This document shows, one piece after another, positions 37,191 through 50,345 of a DNA stretch of 64,000 nt (position 1 is its first letter; every line of letters begins with the position of its first letter). Source of the DNA: Rhina ancylostomus (lineage: Eukaryota); assembly GCA_030265395.1 (NCBI GenBank), contig JARFYF010000001.1, forward strand, positions 41,323,448 through 41,387,447, read 5' to 3'. A program made the translations under genes and the position numbers. Under the pieces are notes generated by a model. That model saw nothing but the letters and a program-made list of their open reading frames with translations, did not search any database and was not told the origin of the DNA.

Positions 37191-37922
37191 TTAATGATTT
37201 TCACTATCCTTTATAATGTTTATTTCTAGTGATCTGGAAGACAAAGGTCAAGCCAAAATAGTGTTGCTACTACTATTACATTGTAGTTGTCTATTTTTTG
37301 TATAATGCCTTTTCAATCTAAAAATTACATGCCACAACAGATCCAGAATTGTGCTTTCAACAGTTTCATTGTAAGAGACTATTTTTAGCNNNNNNNNNNN
37401 NNNNNNNNNNNNNNNNNNNNNNNNNNNNNNNNNNNNNNNNNNNNNNNNNNNNNNNNNNNNNNNNNNNNNNNNNNNNNNNNNNNNNNNNNNNNNNNNNNNN
37501 NNNNNNNNNNNNNNNNGTGTACCTTCCCCCTCAAAAGAATAACACACCAAATAAACCTGTTGATTGTGTTATGAAATAATTGCTTTCAGAAATTCTGCCT
37601 TTTTATGCTTTTGCATTACTTGTAAGTATCAAGATATTCTTCTAATTCATAACCAAATGCAACTGAGAAAATCTTGAGTCTCAAATAATAAAATCTCCAA
37701 ATGAAGCTCTCAAACCACTCTCTTATTGGGTCATATAAGAGCATACAGAAATTTCAAAGTACAGAAGTAACATCTCAAGTGCATGAACTAGACTTATCTG
37801 ATCAAACTTATATGTTAATTATAATGCAGACTATTTTTAAAAAATCATTTTACCTAATTGGGAAAATTGCTTTAGAGAAATTCCCCAAAAATTCCCAATA
37901 AAAAGCCAGCAATTCTGTGCAG

Positions 37923-37970
37923 AACTACTGAAATATGCTTGTGTCAAACTACTGAAATATGCTTGTGTCA
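37923..37970 (+). repeat. Exact 24-bp tandem duplication
   Basis: aactactgaaatatgcttgtgtca twice. Confidence 0.9.
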
Positions 37971-38579
37971 CACCTTTGCTTCATCCTGAGAGTCCTGCCA
38001 TCTGCCTGCTGCACTCATGCTAAATCAGATCTGGAAAAGGCTCAGTAACTCCAGTTAGTTTTGTGGAGAATGGCTGAGGGGTGACAAGTTTAAGGCAATG
38101 TATATTTTCGTGATTTAATTGGGCTAACTTGAATGTATTTAATTGCTTTTAAATGTATTTTTTTCAAAGTTTAATAGTTCTTAAATTTTTTTGGATGTTT
38201 GTGAATATCAGAGATATTTGATACATTTACCTTTGACACCCAGTTCAACCTCTGTGGCATAACACAGTGTCAAAACATTTCATCAGGATTTATGATTGAA
38301 AGGCCCTGCCCTGTGCAGTGTCTCACCAATGATGTCAAAGGAGCTTTGTTTAGTAAATTCTTGCAGTTAGATCTACTCACAATAAGTGTGCTTAGACAAT
38401 AGGTCAACAGTGAGCACAAGCTTTTGCAATTCATCCTATTCATTAATTTCAATGAAACAGTTTAGAACTCAATGAACCAATGCATCTACAGTTAGGATCA
38501 TTTCCACTAATGGAAAACATACCTGGGGGAAAAGCAAATACTATAATTCTCCCCCATAAAGATCTCTCAATAATTAATG

Positions 38580-39170
38580 CTCTTGTTGTCTATTTTCAGA
38601 AGGCTTGTAATAAGCTTTCACAAAGGAGGTCAGTAAACAAGGTTAGAGTATGCGGAATTGAAGGTAATATACCGGCATGGACTTGAGAGTTGGTCAACAG
38701 AAAATACTGAGTAGGAATAAATGGGCTCTCTCCAGGTGGCAGGCGGTATAGTGAGGTATTGCGAGGATCATTGTTTGTAATCTAGCCAACTATTCACACT
38801 TGATTAACAATTTGGTTGAGGGTGCAAAGAGGCTTCAAGGGAACATTTATACTTCACTTAGTGTTGTCAGTGAACTAAGAAATGTTACGCTTGGTCCCCT
38901 CAGCCAAATTGTTGATGTAAGTTGTGAATACTTGAAACCCAAGGACTTATCCCTGCAGTAACCCACTACTCACAGCCTGGCAGTCTGATGAAGACAGTCT
39001 ATTCCTACTAAGTAGTAACGAGCCCTTAATCTGAGTTTACTACCTTTAACTCCGTGTGATCTAACTGTTCAGCAACCTTCTGCATGGGAATCTATCAAAA
39101 GCCTCTAGAAAAATCCAAGTGCACCATTTCTACTTGTTTCCCCTCATGTACTCAACTAGTACATCCTCAA
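38580..39170. mobile_element. Inverted pair of CR1 RT fragments
   Basis: 38580-38830 (+) and 38890-39170 (-) cover the same RT segment; tattcaca...acaatttggttgaggg versus cccctcagccaaattgt...tgtgaata. Confidence 0.65.
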
Positions 39171-40487
39171 AGAGTAGGAAAAGGCTGAATTAATCTTTGG
39201 AATTCTCTACCCCAAAGGGCTGTGCAGGCTCAATCATTGACACTTTTCACAACAGATTGATTTCTGTGTATTAAAGAGGGATTCAACACAAAGGCAGGGA
39301 AAATTCTATTTGAGGTAGAAGGGCAGCCATGGCAGGGTAGGCTCAAGAGGCTGGATGGTTTACTCCTGTGCCCATTTTGTCTTTTTTGTTGTTCTGACAA
39401 TCCCAATGCTTATATACCAGTAGAAAGCATATTTAAAGATCACTTCACAAGTTTCCCCCAAATCTTTCAAGTGAAAAAGATTATTTTAAACACAATTCTT
39501 CAGAAAAGGGGTAATGACAAAGAAAGAAAAAGATCAAGATGATCAATGATCAAGATGCTCAAAAGAGATCTCAGCAATTTCCTCAGACTATAAATAATAA
39601 GTAATCTGTTTATCTTGATAATTTGTAAGTGGATCACACCCATTGAGTTGGGAGTTGCTGAATTTGGATGCTTGGGTATATTGCTGTAGCATGCCTTTCC
39701 TCTCAACCTATTAAGTGAAGTTTAAAAACACACACAAGCAATCAGGCAACAAGAGGGTACAGATTAAAACATATATGTTAGCTTGTCAATGGCGTAGTCT
39801 TGCATATAGTGACAATTATATTATTTTAGCAAAGATATATGAATTGAATTAAATGAATCTGATTTTGACTATTATTTAAAGCTGCATGAGATACCAAATA
39901 AAGAAGCTACATACACATTGAACTTCATCTTATCAAGTGTTTGTCTGGTTTGGAGAAATTGAAATGGCACATCTGTAGAATACACAACACTGACTTCAGG
40001 GCATTACAAGACATGCTAAAGTAAGCCCTCCTCCTACTGCTTGATTGACTAAAGATTACTCTTATCAGGCAAACAGATACAAGATAGCAAGTTAATTCCA
40101 TGAAAATAAAATAATCAGAACAGTGACAGCACTCAATTATAGAATGTATCTAAAATAGATATGACATCTTAAAAACAAATCAAAGAATCATGATTGGCAG
40201 TTTAACTCTAAATGCTTCTAACATGTAGTTAAGCAAATCATCCTTTCACATGAAAGAATGGGAATCATACTAAGAATATATGAATTGCTGCAAGGGAGAA
40301 GGTTGAACAATCTAAGAGGATCTTTGCTGATAAAAGAAGTCAAAGTGATGCTCAAATTATTTTTAAGTAGGTACACACAAAACAATGACTCTTGTATTTT
40401 AGTTCGCAGGAAAGATTTCAAAATAAAGGTATCAGAAATTCTTCTTTTGTAAATGCAAGAACTCACCTAAGTGCCGTTCATACCTAC

Positions 40488-40602
40488 CAGTATTAAGAAC
40501 ACTGTTAACAGGAGGAGGAGTTGTACCAAGTGATAGTCCAGATAGACCCTGCTGCAAGTTGGTGTTTGTAGCAGTTGCTGAGGAAACAGCAGATAGCTGA
40601 AC
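40488..40602 (-). CDS. GORASP2: GRASP55 coding exon 7
   Basis: 115 nt; VQLSAVSSATATNTNLQQGLSGLSLGTTPPPVNSVLNT(G). Donor GTAGGT at 40487, with an alternative in-frame donor at 40466. Confidence 0.9.
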
Positions 40603-41381
40603 CTACAAAGATAACAGTACTTATCTAACCATCAGATAAATTTACAGATATTATAAAATTTCAGCAAATTATACAATATAAACTGTAAATATATACTGCT
40701 ACATTTATGACAAGAATAAACAAATTCAAAGCATTTAACCCTCAAAAACAGATAAAGTACAAGAGAAACCTATCAAATTTATTAGCATAAACTAACTTAA
40801 ATAGCACAAGCTTCTAGGTTAAACAACCGAATTTTATGGAATAGCAATCCTGACCACAGGAAGGAATTTTCAGCAATACTGTGCAGAATTATTGATGTAT
40901 ACAGTACTTCAATCTCAAAGGCACACTTAATACCAACACATTAATTTTAAGATAAAATTGCAAAGCCAGAGAGCATGATCACAATGCCAGAAATGCAATA
41001 CCAACTGAAACAGCGTGTATGTCAATAAATCTCTCAAGCGTTCTATTTAATTATTCTTTAAGATATTCTGCAGATGTTTCAATAGTTATTTTTAATAATA
41101 ATTTTGAATAAAAATGTGTAAATTACAACACTTGAAACCAACTGGTGTCTATTAAGTTTTTCACCCAAGATGAACCTCTTCAATTGAAATAACCAACAGC
41201 TTCAAAAATGCTTGTAAACTTATTCGACTATTCTTTTTAAACACAGAAGTGTAAAAAGAAAAGTAGAATTGCTAATCATGTTGTTTATTAAATTCTTTAG
41301 AGTAAACCATCAAATTTTTCAACAGTACACAAAGCAATGTCCTCTAAATGATTTAGCAAGTTAAAATAAATCAAGCGTTAC

Positions 41382-41508
41382 CTCTGTGAAGCCATCTTTT
41401 AATGGACTGACTGATGCACCTGGTCCTGGAAGACTTATCTTTTTACCCTCTGCAAATGGACGGGTTGGAATTCGATGCAAGTAGCCATACCCGATCCCAC
41501 ACCCTAAG
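41382..41508 (-). CDS. GORASP2: GRASP55 coding exon 6
   Basis: 127 nt; (S)[42 protein letters not shown]. Confidence 0.97.
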
Positions 41509-41751
41509 CTTAAAATAATTTATTTACATTATTTACAAATTCAAGGAGGAAAATATTAAACTATGAACAAAAAAACAGATCAGTCAACATTTGAAAATAC
41601 AATATGCTGGGTACCTTTGGGCTATTTTCAAGATAAAATAACTATACCAAAATATTAAACCATCTTTTCCTTCCAGATGCTAATGAATAGTATAATTGTA
41701 GAAGCATTTCTAAATTGCACTGTTACAATCAACAACGTATCTTCACCTTAC

Positions 41752-41882
41752 CTGCCTTCTCCACCCCAGGTGGTATTAGGTGTGATAACAACTTCACGGC
41801 AGTTATCTGTGTCTGTATTGTAGACATATAGTTTCAAGGCTTTCCCTTCATGGGTCTCTATCAGAGAGAAGAGATCTTCGGA
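41752..41882 (-). CDS. GORASP2: GRASP55 coding exon 5 (PDZ2)
   Basis: 131 nt; [43 protein letters not shown]. Confidence 0.97.
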
Positions 41883-42534
41883 CTACGAAAATAAAATTTT
41901 CATGTTTCAGTCATGCTATTTTCTGGGTCCATTCTATGCATGTACATGATCATAAAATCAAAGTTCTTAAATTAATGCACTATAATATTTTCTGCACAGA
42001 TCTAGCATCCACGTTCTATACAAGGTACCTGCAACTTAGAACATTACCATAGGAAAGGAGTCCAACATAACTTTAAGTGAATTATTCAATACAGTAAACT
42101 CAGATACCCTGATTGAAGTCAGATGCATCAGAGTCATAAAGTAATACAGCATGGAAACAGGCCCTTCTACCCAACTTGTCCATGCCAACCAAGGTACCCA
42201 TCAAAGCTAGTCCCACTTGCCCGCATTTGGCCCATATCCCTCTAAACCTTTCCCTGAAGTGTCTTTTAAACGCAATTCACTCCATGACCATTACATCAAA
42301 CTAAACAAAGAAATATTTCATACTTTATTCAGAAAGTATAGATTTTCCCTGGCGACTTCCAGTAAAGCCTTATATCTGGCATATAACAGGTTAAAAGCAT
42401 CACAAGTCCAAGAATATTTAATGATAAAAAACATTTGCAGCTTCAATTATTTAACCTCAAAAGCAAATGTCATTATGGATTTAAATAAGATAAGCTGTTA
42501 CATAAATTCTGCCCTAACATTTAATGCAAATTTC

Positions 42535-42742
42535 ATTGAGGTTCAAAAACAGCTTTTTCCCCTCCATCAGATTTCTGAAACAGTTCATGATCTACTACCT
42601 TGTTATTCTTTTTTTTGCACTAATTAATTCTGTAATTGATAGTAATTTTACGTCTTTGCACTGTACTGCTTCCACAAAACAACGAATTTCACTTCATTTA
42701 AGTCAGTGACAATAAATCTGATTCTGATTCTCTTGATTCTGA
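42535..42742 (+). mobile_element. Rex1/Babar-like LINE 3' tail
   Basis: RFKNSFFP, followed by the tail aataaatctgattctgattc. Confidence 0.7.
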
Positions 42743-43376
42743 GGTTACAGCATTGGAAGACTGATGAGAATATACTGGTTTCATAAACAGTACCTACAAT
42801 TTAGACTCTCATTAAAAGAAAAGTAAGATTGTATGGGGGAAAATCTTAGATTCCCATCACCTTCACAAGTTAAAGGCACAGATCAGAAAGAAACCTTTAA
42901 TACCTCATACACAACATCTGCACAAAAATAAATGTTCAGCCTTGATGCCAACAGAAAACAACATACCTTCAATTCCTCAAAACATCTTTGTAGCTTTGTA
43001 CGGTTCCAGAAAACGAATTAATTACCAGAATATTCATTCAGGAGACCCGTTTCATAGCAATTTGGATTATGGAAAAAAAAAATCACCTTTACAGAATTCA
43101 CAAATCACTACTCAAGAATTTGAGTTACACTTTCACAGAGTTTATGTGGAAAACAAAGTAAATAAATAAACATTTTTTTAAACTCTCATTTCTTGATACA
43201 TTTGCAGATGATGCAACTTTGCACTATGGAAAATTGTGATGCAGGCCATTTTCTAGGCACTCAACCATCCCTAACATGGGGGTTGCCTGAAAATTGATGT
43301 TTGGAAGTAACTCAACTGACACATTTTGACATGTAGTTTATAGTTTACCAGAAACTACATAATATGATCCATTTAC

Positions 43377-43463
43377 CTCATTCATGACTGTGTCTGCTCC
43401 GATTATATAGTCTGTATGAGGTCGAAGACCAGCTAGTGCAGCTGGAGAATTTGGCTCCACTTC
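43377..43463 (-). CDS. GORASP2: GRASP55 coding exon 4
   Basis: 87 nt; [29 protein letters not shown]. Confidence 0.97.
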
Positions 43464-45770
43464 CTTTTTTTTTAAAGAAAGAGGAAAAAGAATAAGAGGG
43501 TTACAAAACTAAGAGTTTAACATTATGACTTCATTTTAAATTACCCTTCAAGCGGTTGAGCTTAAAAAGTAATCACTCAAAAATCTGTTCATCCTTTGGC
43601 TGATAGTTCACTGAAGTCCATTAAAATTAGTCCACCGAAACAGGAATTTGCAAATACCCATTAACACAGTGCAATCTACAGTAAGGTTTTCATTGTCATA
43701 ACAGGAAGCCTGAATAATTTGGTTCCATTAATCATAACTAATATGCCAAACTAATATTGTTCTATGCAAAATACAAACCAGATTTCAGTGGCCTGCCCCT
43801 CACATTAAACATCTTCTCACTTAAACTAATAAATGTAATGAGTGCCAGCAAAGAAATTTAGAGATGCTCAAAATTATCTACAAAAATTTTGAGAAAAATT
43901 ATCAGTGTTTTATCTGAACCCAATTCTGATATCAAAAAGAATATAAATCTAAGTGGGCTACAATAAAGACTTTGGAGGGAGCCAATTAGGACTATGAATT
44001 TGCTGTGTTGTAAACAAGAAACCAAATAGGCCAACAAGAACTTGACTGAAGGGCAAGAAAAATATGGCAATATAGATATTGATGGACAAGAAAAAGATGG
44101 TACTGAAATTTTCTGCAAGTGAGAGTAAAGTAACTGGTGTGGAGTAGAAATTCATCCACAGTCATGTGCTAAACACCTGATGCGTTGCATGTGCACACTG
44201 TACCTGTACTCTGCTTCCAAAATTCCTATGAAATCAATGCAAGTAAATTTCCAAAGCAGATCACGGCAGATTACTGTTGTACTACCTGTTTACCTCTTGT
44301 GATTAAAGAAGAGTTTCCACTTCATAGAATCTAGGCTTAATTTAAAGTAAAACTGATCACAACAATTGCTCAAATTCTGAGTTGTACAGGCAGTGATTCT
44401 AAGACTATTCAGTGACATTATAAAAGTGATAGCAACACCAGGAGTGCAGACTGGTGAAGTCCACAAATTTTGTATTTAGAGTTTTCCTATTGATCCATAT
44501 GGTGTAAAATGCTGAATGTATTTTGTTTTCAAAAGGGTCAACGACAGCAGTTTTGAAGTGGATAAGAATATTGCTCCCTTGCAGATGACAGTTGATGACA
44601 ACTAGTAAGTGATTCAGAGACTATACTGGAAGGTTAGAAATCAAAATAGAGTGGGTATGAAAGAACAGGAGCTAGCATGCTGGGAAAGATGGGATAGTAA
44701 ATATGATGGTCTGCTCTTATATGCTCATAATGTGATTCGGCCGTATAAAATCAGTTTTACAAAAGTAAAATAGTGTTTGAAAAATTTGAGTTCTTGGAGG
44801 ATATAATTAACAGGGTAGATTCAGAAAACCAGTAGTGTATTTAAATTTCCAAATGGTCTCTGCACAAAATAAGGGATAATGGCACAATTGGACATTGGCT
44901 AACTGACAGAATGTAAAAATAAATAGGTCATTTTTAGACTGTCAATCCAAAACTGCTGAAGTGTTACAGAGGCAGTACAGGGGTCCCAGCTATTTATAAG
45001 TATGAAGGGACCAAATGTATTATATTCAAGTTTGCTAACAATACAAGGCTAGGTGGGAAATTAAGTTCTATAATTTAAGAAATCAGCTATTCTAACATTC
45101 AGTTTTTTAATTCCCTTCCCTCCTCTTCAAATGTCATTCACCTATTCCTAATCACAATCCTGAAACCCTTCCCTAGACACAAGTTTGTTATTCACAAGCC
45201 TTTAACACTTCACTTCCAGCCTACACTATTAGCACATTTCATTCTGCAGTAGTTTTCACAATAATATCCCAATGTGGGCAAATTATTCACGATCATATTT
45301 AATTTAATATTCTACAATTAACTTTAAATGGTTAATAGGACTTGCTGTACAGAAAAGCAATTGTTTGTGATCACCTCCATACAATTAACTAATTAGGAAC
45401 ATGTTCATTTTTTTTCATCAGCTGCTTTCTCAATCCATCATCCAAAATTTTATGTACATAGGCACCAGAACTTTAAAAGCTGTTGCTCAAGATTAATATC
45501 AGTTGTGTTGGGAGAACCTTACAAATTGATAATTAATTTTATTTCTTCCAAACTAATACTTTAAGTGCCATCAAAGACACAAATGGCCTTAAAAATAAAT
45601 TGGAAAAAAAAGACAATTTTGACAAGTCTTTTCGACACCCAAATAGAAAATTCAACAGTAAAGGATTGTAATCTAATACCGCATTGTTTTCATTCTGGGT
45701 TTAAATGAAAATAAATTACCCTTCTCCAACCCAACACATTTCCCTTCTGCCCACACTGCAATGCACTTAC

Positions 45771-45974
45771 CAACACATGCCAGACATTTTCATTAGCTCC
45801 CTCAAAACTGCAGAAACGAATGCTGACTCCAAGCAAGCCTTGACCTCCCCACATGTTGCTTGGAGTAACTGTAGTTTCTCTCAATTTGAGTGTCTTACTG
45901 CTGTAGACAACCATTTTAATTGGTTTCTCCACATTGGCCTTCAAAAGATCTTTGAGGGTATCATTATCTTGATT
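45771..45974 (-). CDS. GORASP2: GRASP55 coding exon 3 (PDZ1)
   Basis: 204 nt; [68 protein letters not shown]. The YSSKT and GVSIRF residues are GRASP55-type rather than GRASP65-type. Confidence 0.97.
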
Positions 45975-47489
45975 CTAAAATCAAAATAAAGTATTTTAAA
46001 AAAAGTTGGATAGTGATTTTTAATGCTTGTAAAATGCTTCACAAATTAGCCCTTGCTCATTACTCCTAAATATCATACAAAGGAAATCTTTCATCAGGGA
46101 ATAGGCCTGATCGCCAGTAAACCATCTGGATACATGGCAGCCCACCCACTTCTCTTCACATACAAAAAAAAAGCTAATCAACCCTGCACACTATCTGGAC
46201 ATTATCTGAATTAAAGGAATCCAATTCATATCACTTAGGGGTTGTCATTTGGCTCTTCAAGTGGCAACTGCATTTAATGAACTGCCTCTTGCACCTGTGG
46301 GAACCTGCCAGTCTGTGGAACAGTCTCTCCTTTTTGTCAGGACCCACTGGAAACATGCAAATTGGGTTAACAGGCCCAAAACATCATCAGTGACCAACTT
46401 GATGATGAGCAGCTGCCTAATGTTAAAAAGAACATCTGCTGCTGACTACCAGACATAATGCAAATTCAAGATAATAGTGACCTTAACTGCAAAAGATTTC
46501 CTTGAGGAGTGGATTATGGATCTTCAGTCAATAGCTGACATTTCACAAATTGGTAAAGTAGAGGAAATGCAGTCTTGTGAAGTACTGATGGATACGAAGG
46601 CCTAAAATAGAACATCTTGGTCCATATACCTATTCTGAGTGTATGTAAGAATATAGGGAAGATTAGTCACCTGTAAAGAGCATCTTCTCAGAGTCTCCAA
46701 TTTAACCCTTTCCAGATCCTTTAGTGCTTTCTCTTCATAGAAAGAAATGATCAAGGTTTTGGAGGTAAACTTTGGCAGTTAGCCATATAACTGATTGCAG
46801 CATTGGAATTTCTGGATGAAATCCTTATGTTTTGGTCCAATGCTCATAATAGTTTAGCCAATTATATACCGACACTGGACTTTTCGGGGGCACAGATGCT
46901 GGGAAATCTGCCTAAACAACCTGCATGGGGGAGGGCTACAGGGAAGGTGACTCCATTGATTTTCATGGAGGGGAATGTCTGTGTGGTAGTAATTTAGGCA
47001 ATTTCTCTTTTAATTTTAGTGTAACTTATGTGTCATAGTTTTAAATTTAAGAGAAAGTAGCAGTTTGAATTTGCTTCTAGCGGCCCCTTCCATGCAAGGC
47101 TGGTTCCTAAGCCCTCATTCATCCTCACCCTTGCCACCTAAATAGTTTCAAAATGCATCACTTTTGAAAATCAAAGTCTACTTGGGATAAAGAGATGCAT
47201 CAAAACACATTAAGATATTTACAGTTCTATTATTTTGTTGATATATATATTACAATATATATACTATTTGGATTAATGATTTCCAGATACAATATTAAAA
47301 AATTAACTTGATTAGACATCTGAAACCTAATAATTTAAATGTGTTTAAGTTTCTAAATCCATTAGTTTGGTAGTAAAATAAAGCAGAATGTCTAAGATGG
47401 AACGTTCTTGTATATGAAATGTATCAGTTTAAACAAGTTAATGCCCAGACAATGCTCTGCATTTGTGTATGGGCTGATAAGTAGCAAGT

Positions 47490-48120
47490 ACCAAGGGAGA
47501 ATCTCCTCTTTATATTTAATGGAATTACTATTGCCAAGTCCCTCGGGGTTACCAGTGACCGGAAACTCAATTAGATCAGTCACATGAATACTGTGGTTAC
47601 AAGAGCAAGTGCTTGTGACAAGTGACTCACCTAACACTCCACAAGTTTTATTTCCACCACTTGCAAGGCACAGATCTGGAACATGATGGAATTCTTCCCA
47701 CTTGCCTGAAGGAGTTCTGCTCAAACAATTAAGATCAACACCATCCAGGGCAAAGCAGCATGCTTGACTGGCAACCTATCTTGAACATTCATTCTTTCTT
47801 CCATCAATTTCATGGGGTTGCAGAGTACCATGTACAAAATTTTTGCCAAGCCTTCTTTGACCACACCTCCCAAACCCGCAACCTCTACCGCCAATGATAT
47901 GGGCAGCAAACACCTGGGAACACTACGTCTCCTAGTCTCTCATCCTGCTGTGAAAATATAATTGCTACTCCTTCAGTTTGCTGGATCTATATCCTGGAAT
48001 TCTCTAATTAATATGTAGGATTACCTTCAGAAAGACAGCAGCAATTCATAAAGGGGCAAAATCACATTCTCAAGTGCAATTAGCAAATGCCAGCAACACC
48101 CAGATTCCAAAAGAATGATT
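47490..48120 (+). mobile_element. LINE (CR1/L2 group) 3' fragment
   Basis: aaggcacagatctggaacatgatggaattcttcccacttgcctg...caccatccagggcaaagcagc. Same family as 18330-19140. Confidence 0.65.
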
Positions 48121-48348
48121 TTAAAAATTTGCAGAAAAACTATTCTTTAACATGGCACGATTAGAACTACAATTGAATCATCATTTCTCTTATATGTAGG
48201 GGCCATAATTCAACTAATATTTGATCCAATTAATTTACCACGGTTCCTTCAACAACTCTCAGCAAAATATATTGGCTTAAAAAAAACAAGAATAGTAAAT
48301 TAAGTTCAGTGGCACAATTTTAACTTTTCTTTAAAAAGAAATTCTTAC

Positions 48349-48429
48349 CAATCGGGTATTGCCAATGGAAACAACAAAATCAAAGAAAGGCTCCAATCCA
48401 GCTCTGTGCCCTGGGGAATTTTCTTGAAC
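48349..48429 (-). CDS. GORASP2: GRASP55 coding exon 2
   Basis: 81 nt, AG...GTAAG; [27 protein letters not shown]. The myristoylated MG... exon 1 is not in the window. Confidence 0.97.
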
Positions 48430-48829
48430 CTGCAAATACAACAAAACAGCTTTCAAACAAAAAACATACAAATTATTCTGGTTTCAAGTTCCCATGTATA
48501 AAACTTATTAGGACACAATACTTCAATATCAAGGATGGAGAATCACAAGAGCCAGCAGATGAATACAAAGAACGCTTGCACAAATTGATTTTTGTTCATA
48601 GGTGAATGCTTAGATGAGCTGGACAAGAGCCAAAACAGTAGCTAAGCTGATCCCAGTGCACCTTGCAGTTAAACACTAGTAGATTTGAGCAACTATAGGA
48701 TACAATTATCCTTTACATTGCTATAACCTCAGATGAACAGAGGTTTGCATAGTACCATGATCAACAAAAGTCCTTAGGAAATCAGCTATTTAAAAAAAGG
48801 TGCTTCAGCTCCTTGCTCAGCACCACTCC

Positions 48830-49160
48830 GAAGTAGGAGGTCGTCATGCTTCAGCTATACAAAACTCTGGTCAGATCACATCTAGATCACTATTGGTCCT
48901 GATCATCATCAGGAGGGGACATAGATTTTAAGGGAGGATTAGGAAATTATTTTTCACTCAGCAGGTGGTAAGAGTCTGGATCTCACTGCCTAAAGGGGTA
49001 GTAGAGACAGAAAACCCCATCTTATTCAAAAAATTTGGATGGGTATTTGAAAAATTTGAAAGAAACCAATCCAGTGCCGGAATAGGCTGTGTAGCTCTTT
49101 CACGAATACCACTGACACAGTGGGTTGAATGGCCTCCTTACGTGTCATAAATTTCCCAGG
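48830..49160 (+). mobile_element. CR1 3' fragment
   Basis: LQLYKTLVRSHL and VVRVWISLPKGVVET. Confidence 0.7.
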
Positions 49161-49839
49161 AATATATCACCTGGATAAAGGGCTACAGCCAGACTTAACC
49201 TTGGCACTAAGCTGAACTTGAAATGGGCATGCAGGAAAGCATTTCCCACTCCCAGACAACTTTCCCTTTTCCCTCCCTTGATGAGTATCATAGCCTGCTA
49301 TTGATGCACTGTTAAATTTGAAATTGATACCAAAAATAACGTTCCCATTCCACATCAAGTTCCTTGCCTGAACCCTGGCTGTATCTATATAACTGCCATC
49401 CCAATTACCAAGTCACACTGACCTGGATAAAATACCATGCTGAGCTGTTATGGTGTGGATTGGCCTGACATGAATCCAAGTACATTGTTCGAATATAGAC
49501 TCAACCTGACCCTGACACATTAAGTCTAATTGGGTTTAATTTCAATAGCCAGGCTCTACATGTCAGAGCATAAAAATGCTTAATGGTTCAATGCACAAAC
49601 TTCAAACAATTGGCAATACAACTCAGGGGTTTACATTTCCTTTTGAAGGATGCCTGGCAAACAGTTGTATTCGCTTGTTGCCTTGGCCTCCGGAAAATTA
49701 CCCAGTCTACATAAGCAATGGTTAAAGGCTATATTTAACAATTGTCAATCACTCCATTAGGTCCTTGCGCTGTCAATTATCAATTAGATGATTCAAATAC
49801 AAACATTCTAAAAACTAGGAGGTTTGAGAAATATTGAAA

Positions 49840-50345
49840 TAAAAAGACAGTAAAACTCATCAGCAGATCAGGCAGCATTCATGGAGAGAGATGAAGTTTA
49901 CATTTTAGATTAATAAACTCTCATCGGAACTAGGAAAAGTTGCCAGTCAAGCATATTTTAAGGTACCAAAAAAGGGACAGGGTAGAAAGAACAAATGGAA
50001 TATTAATGATAGGATGGCAACCAAGAGAGACTGAATGATGTAAGTGATGGTATTGCCAGCTTAGAGAGGGTGATGAAGATCTGTTAATCACAGCAGCTCT
50101 GTCAGGAAGAGGTACAAACAGGAGATGAATAAGAATGAGGAGATAATGAAGAAAAGTTGCTGGAACTATGAGTTGCAAAACACTGAATTTCTGGAAACAT
50201 GAGAGAAAATACTGAAAATACTAGTTCAGCCAGCATTTATGAAAAAAGAAAAAGTTATAGGTGACAACCTTTGATCAGAACTTGTCAGCTGGGATGTAAA
50301 CTAGAAAGGCTGGTTATCTGAAATTGATAAACTTAAGATGAGGTC
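49840..50345 (-). mobile_element. Penelope terminal-region remnants
   Basis: Two decayed copies of cagcagatcaggcagcat...gagagaga, then ggttatctgaaattgataaact. Confidence 0.5.

Noticed and set aside
45690-45770. ORF extension [10 protein letters not shown]... after GRASP55 exon 3
   Set aside because: Intron read-through past the canonical GTAAGT donor at 45770.
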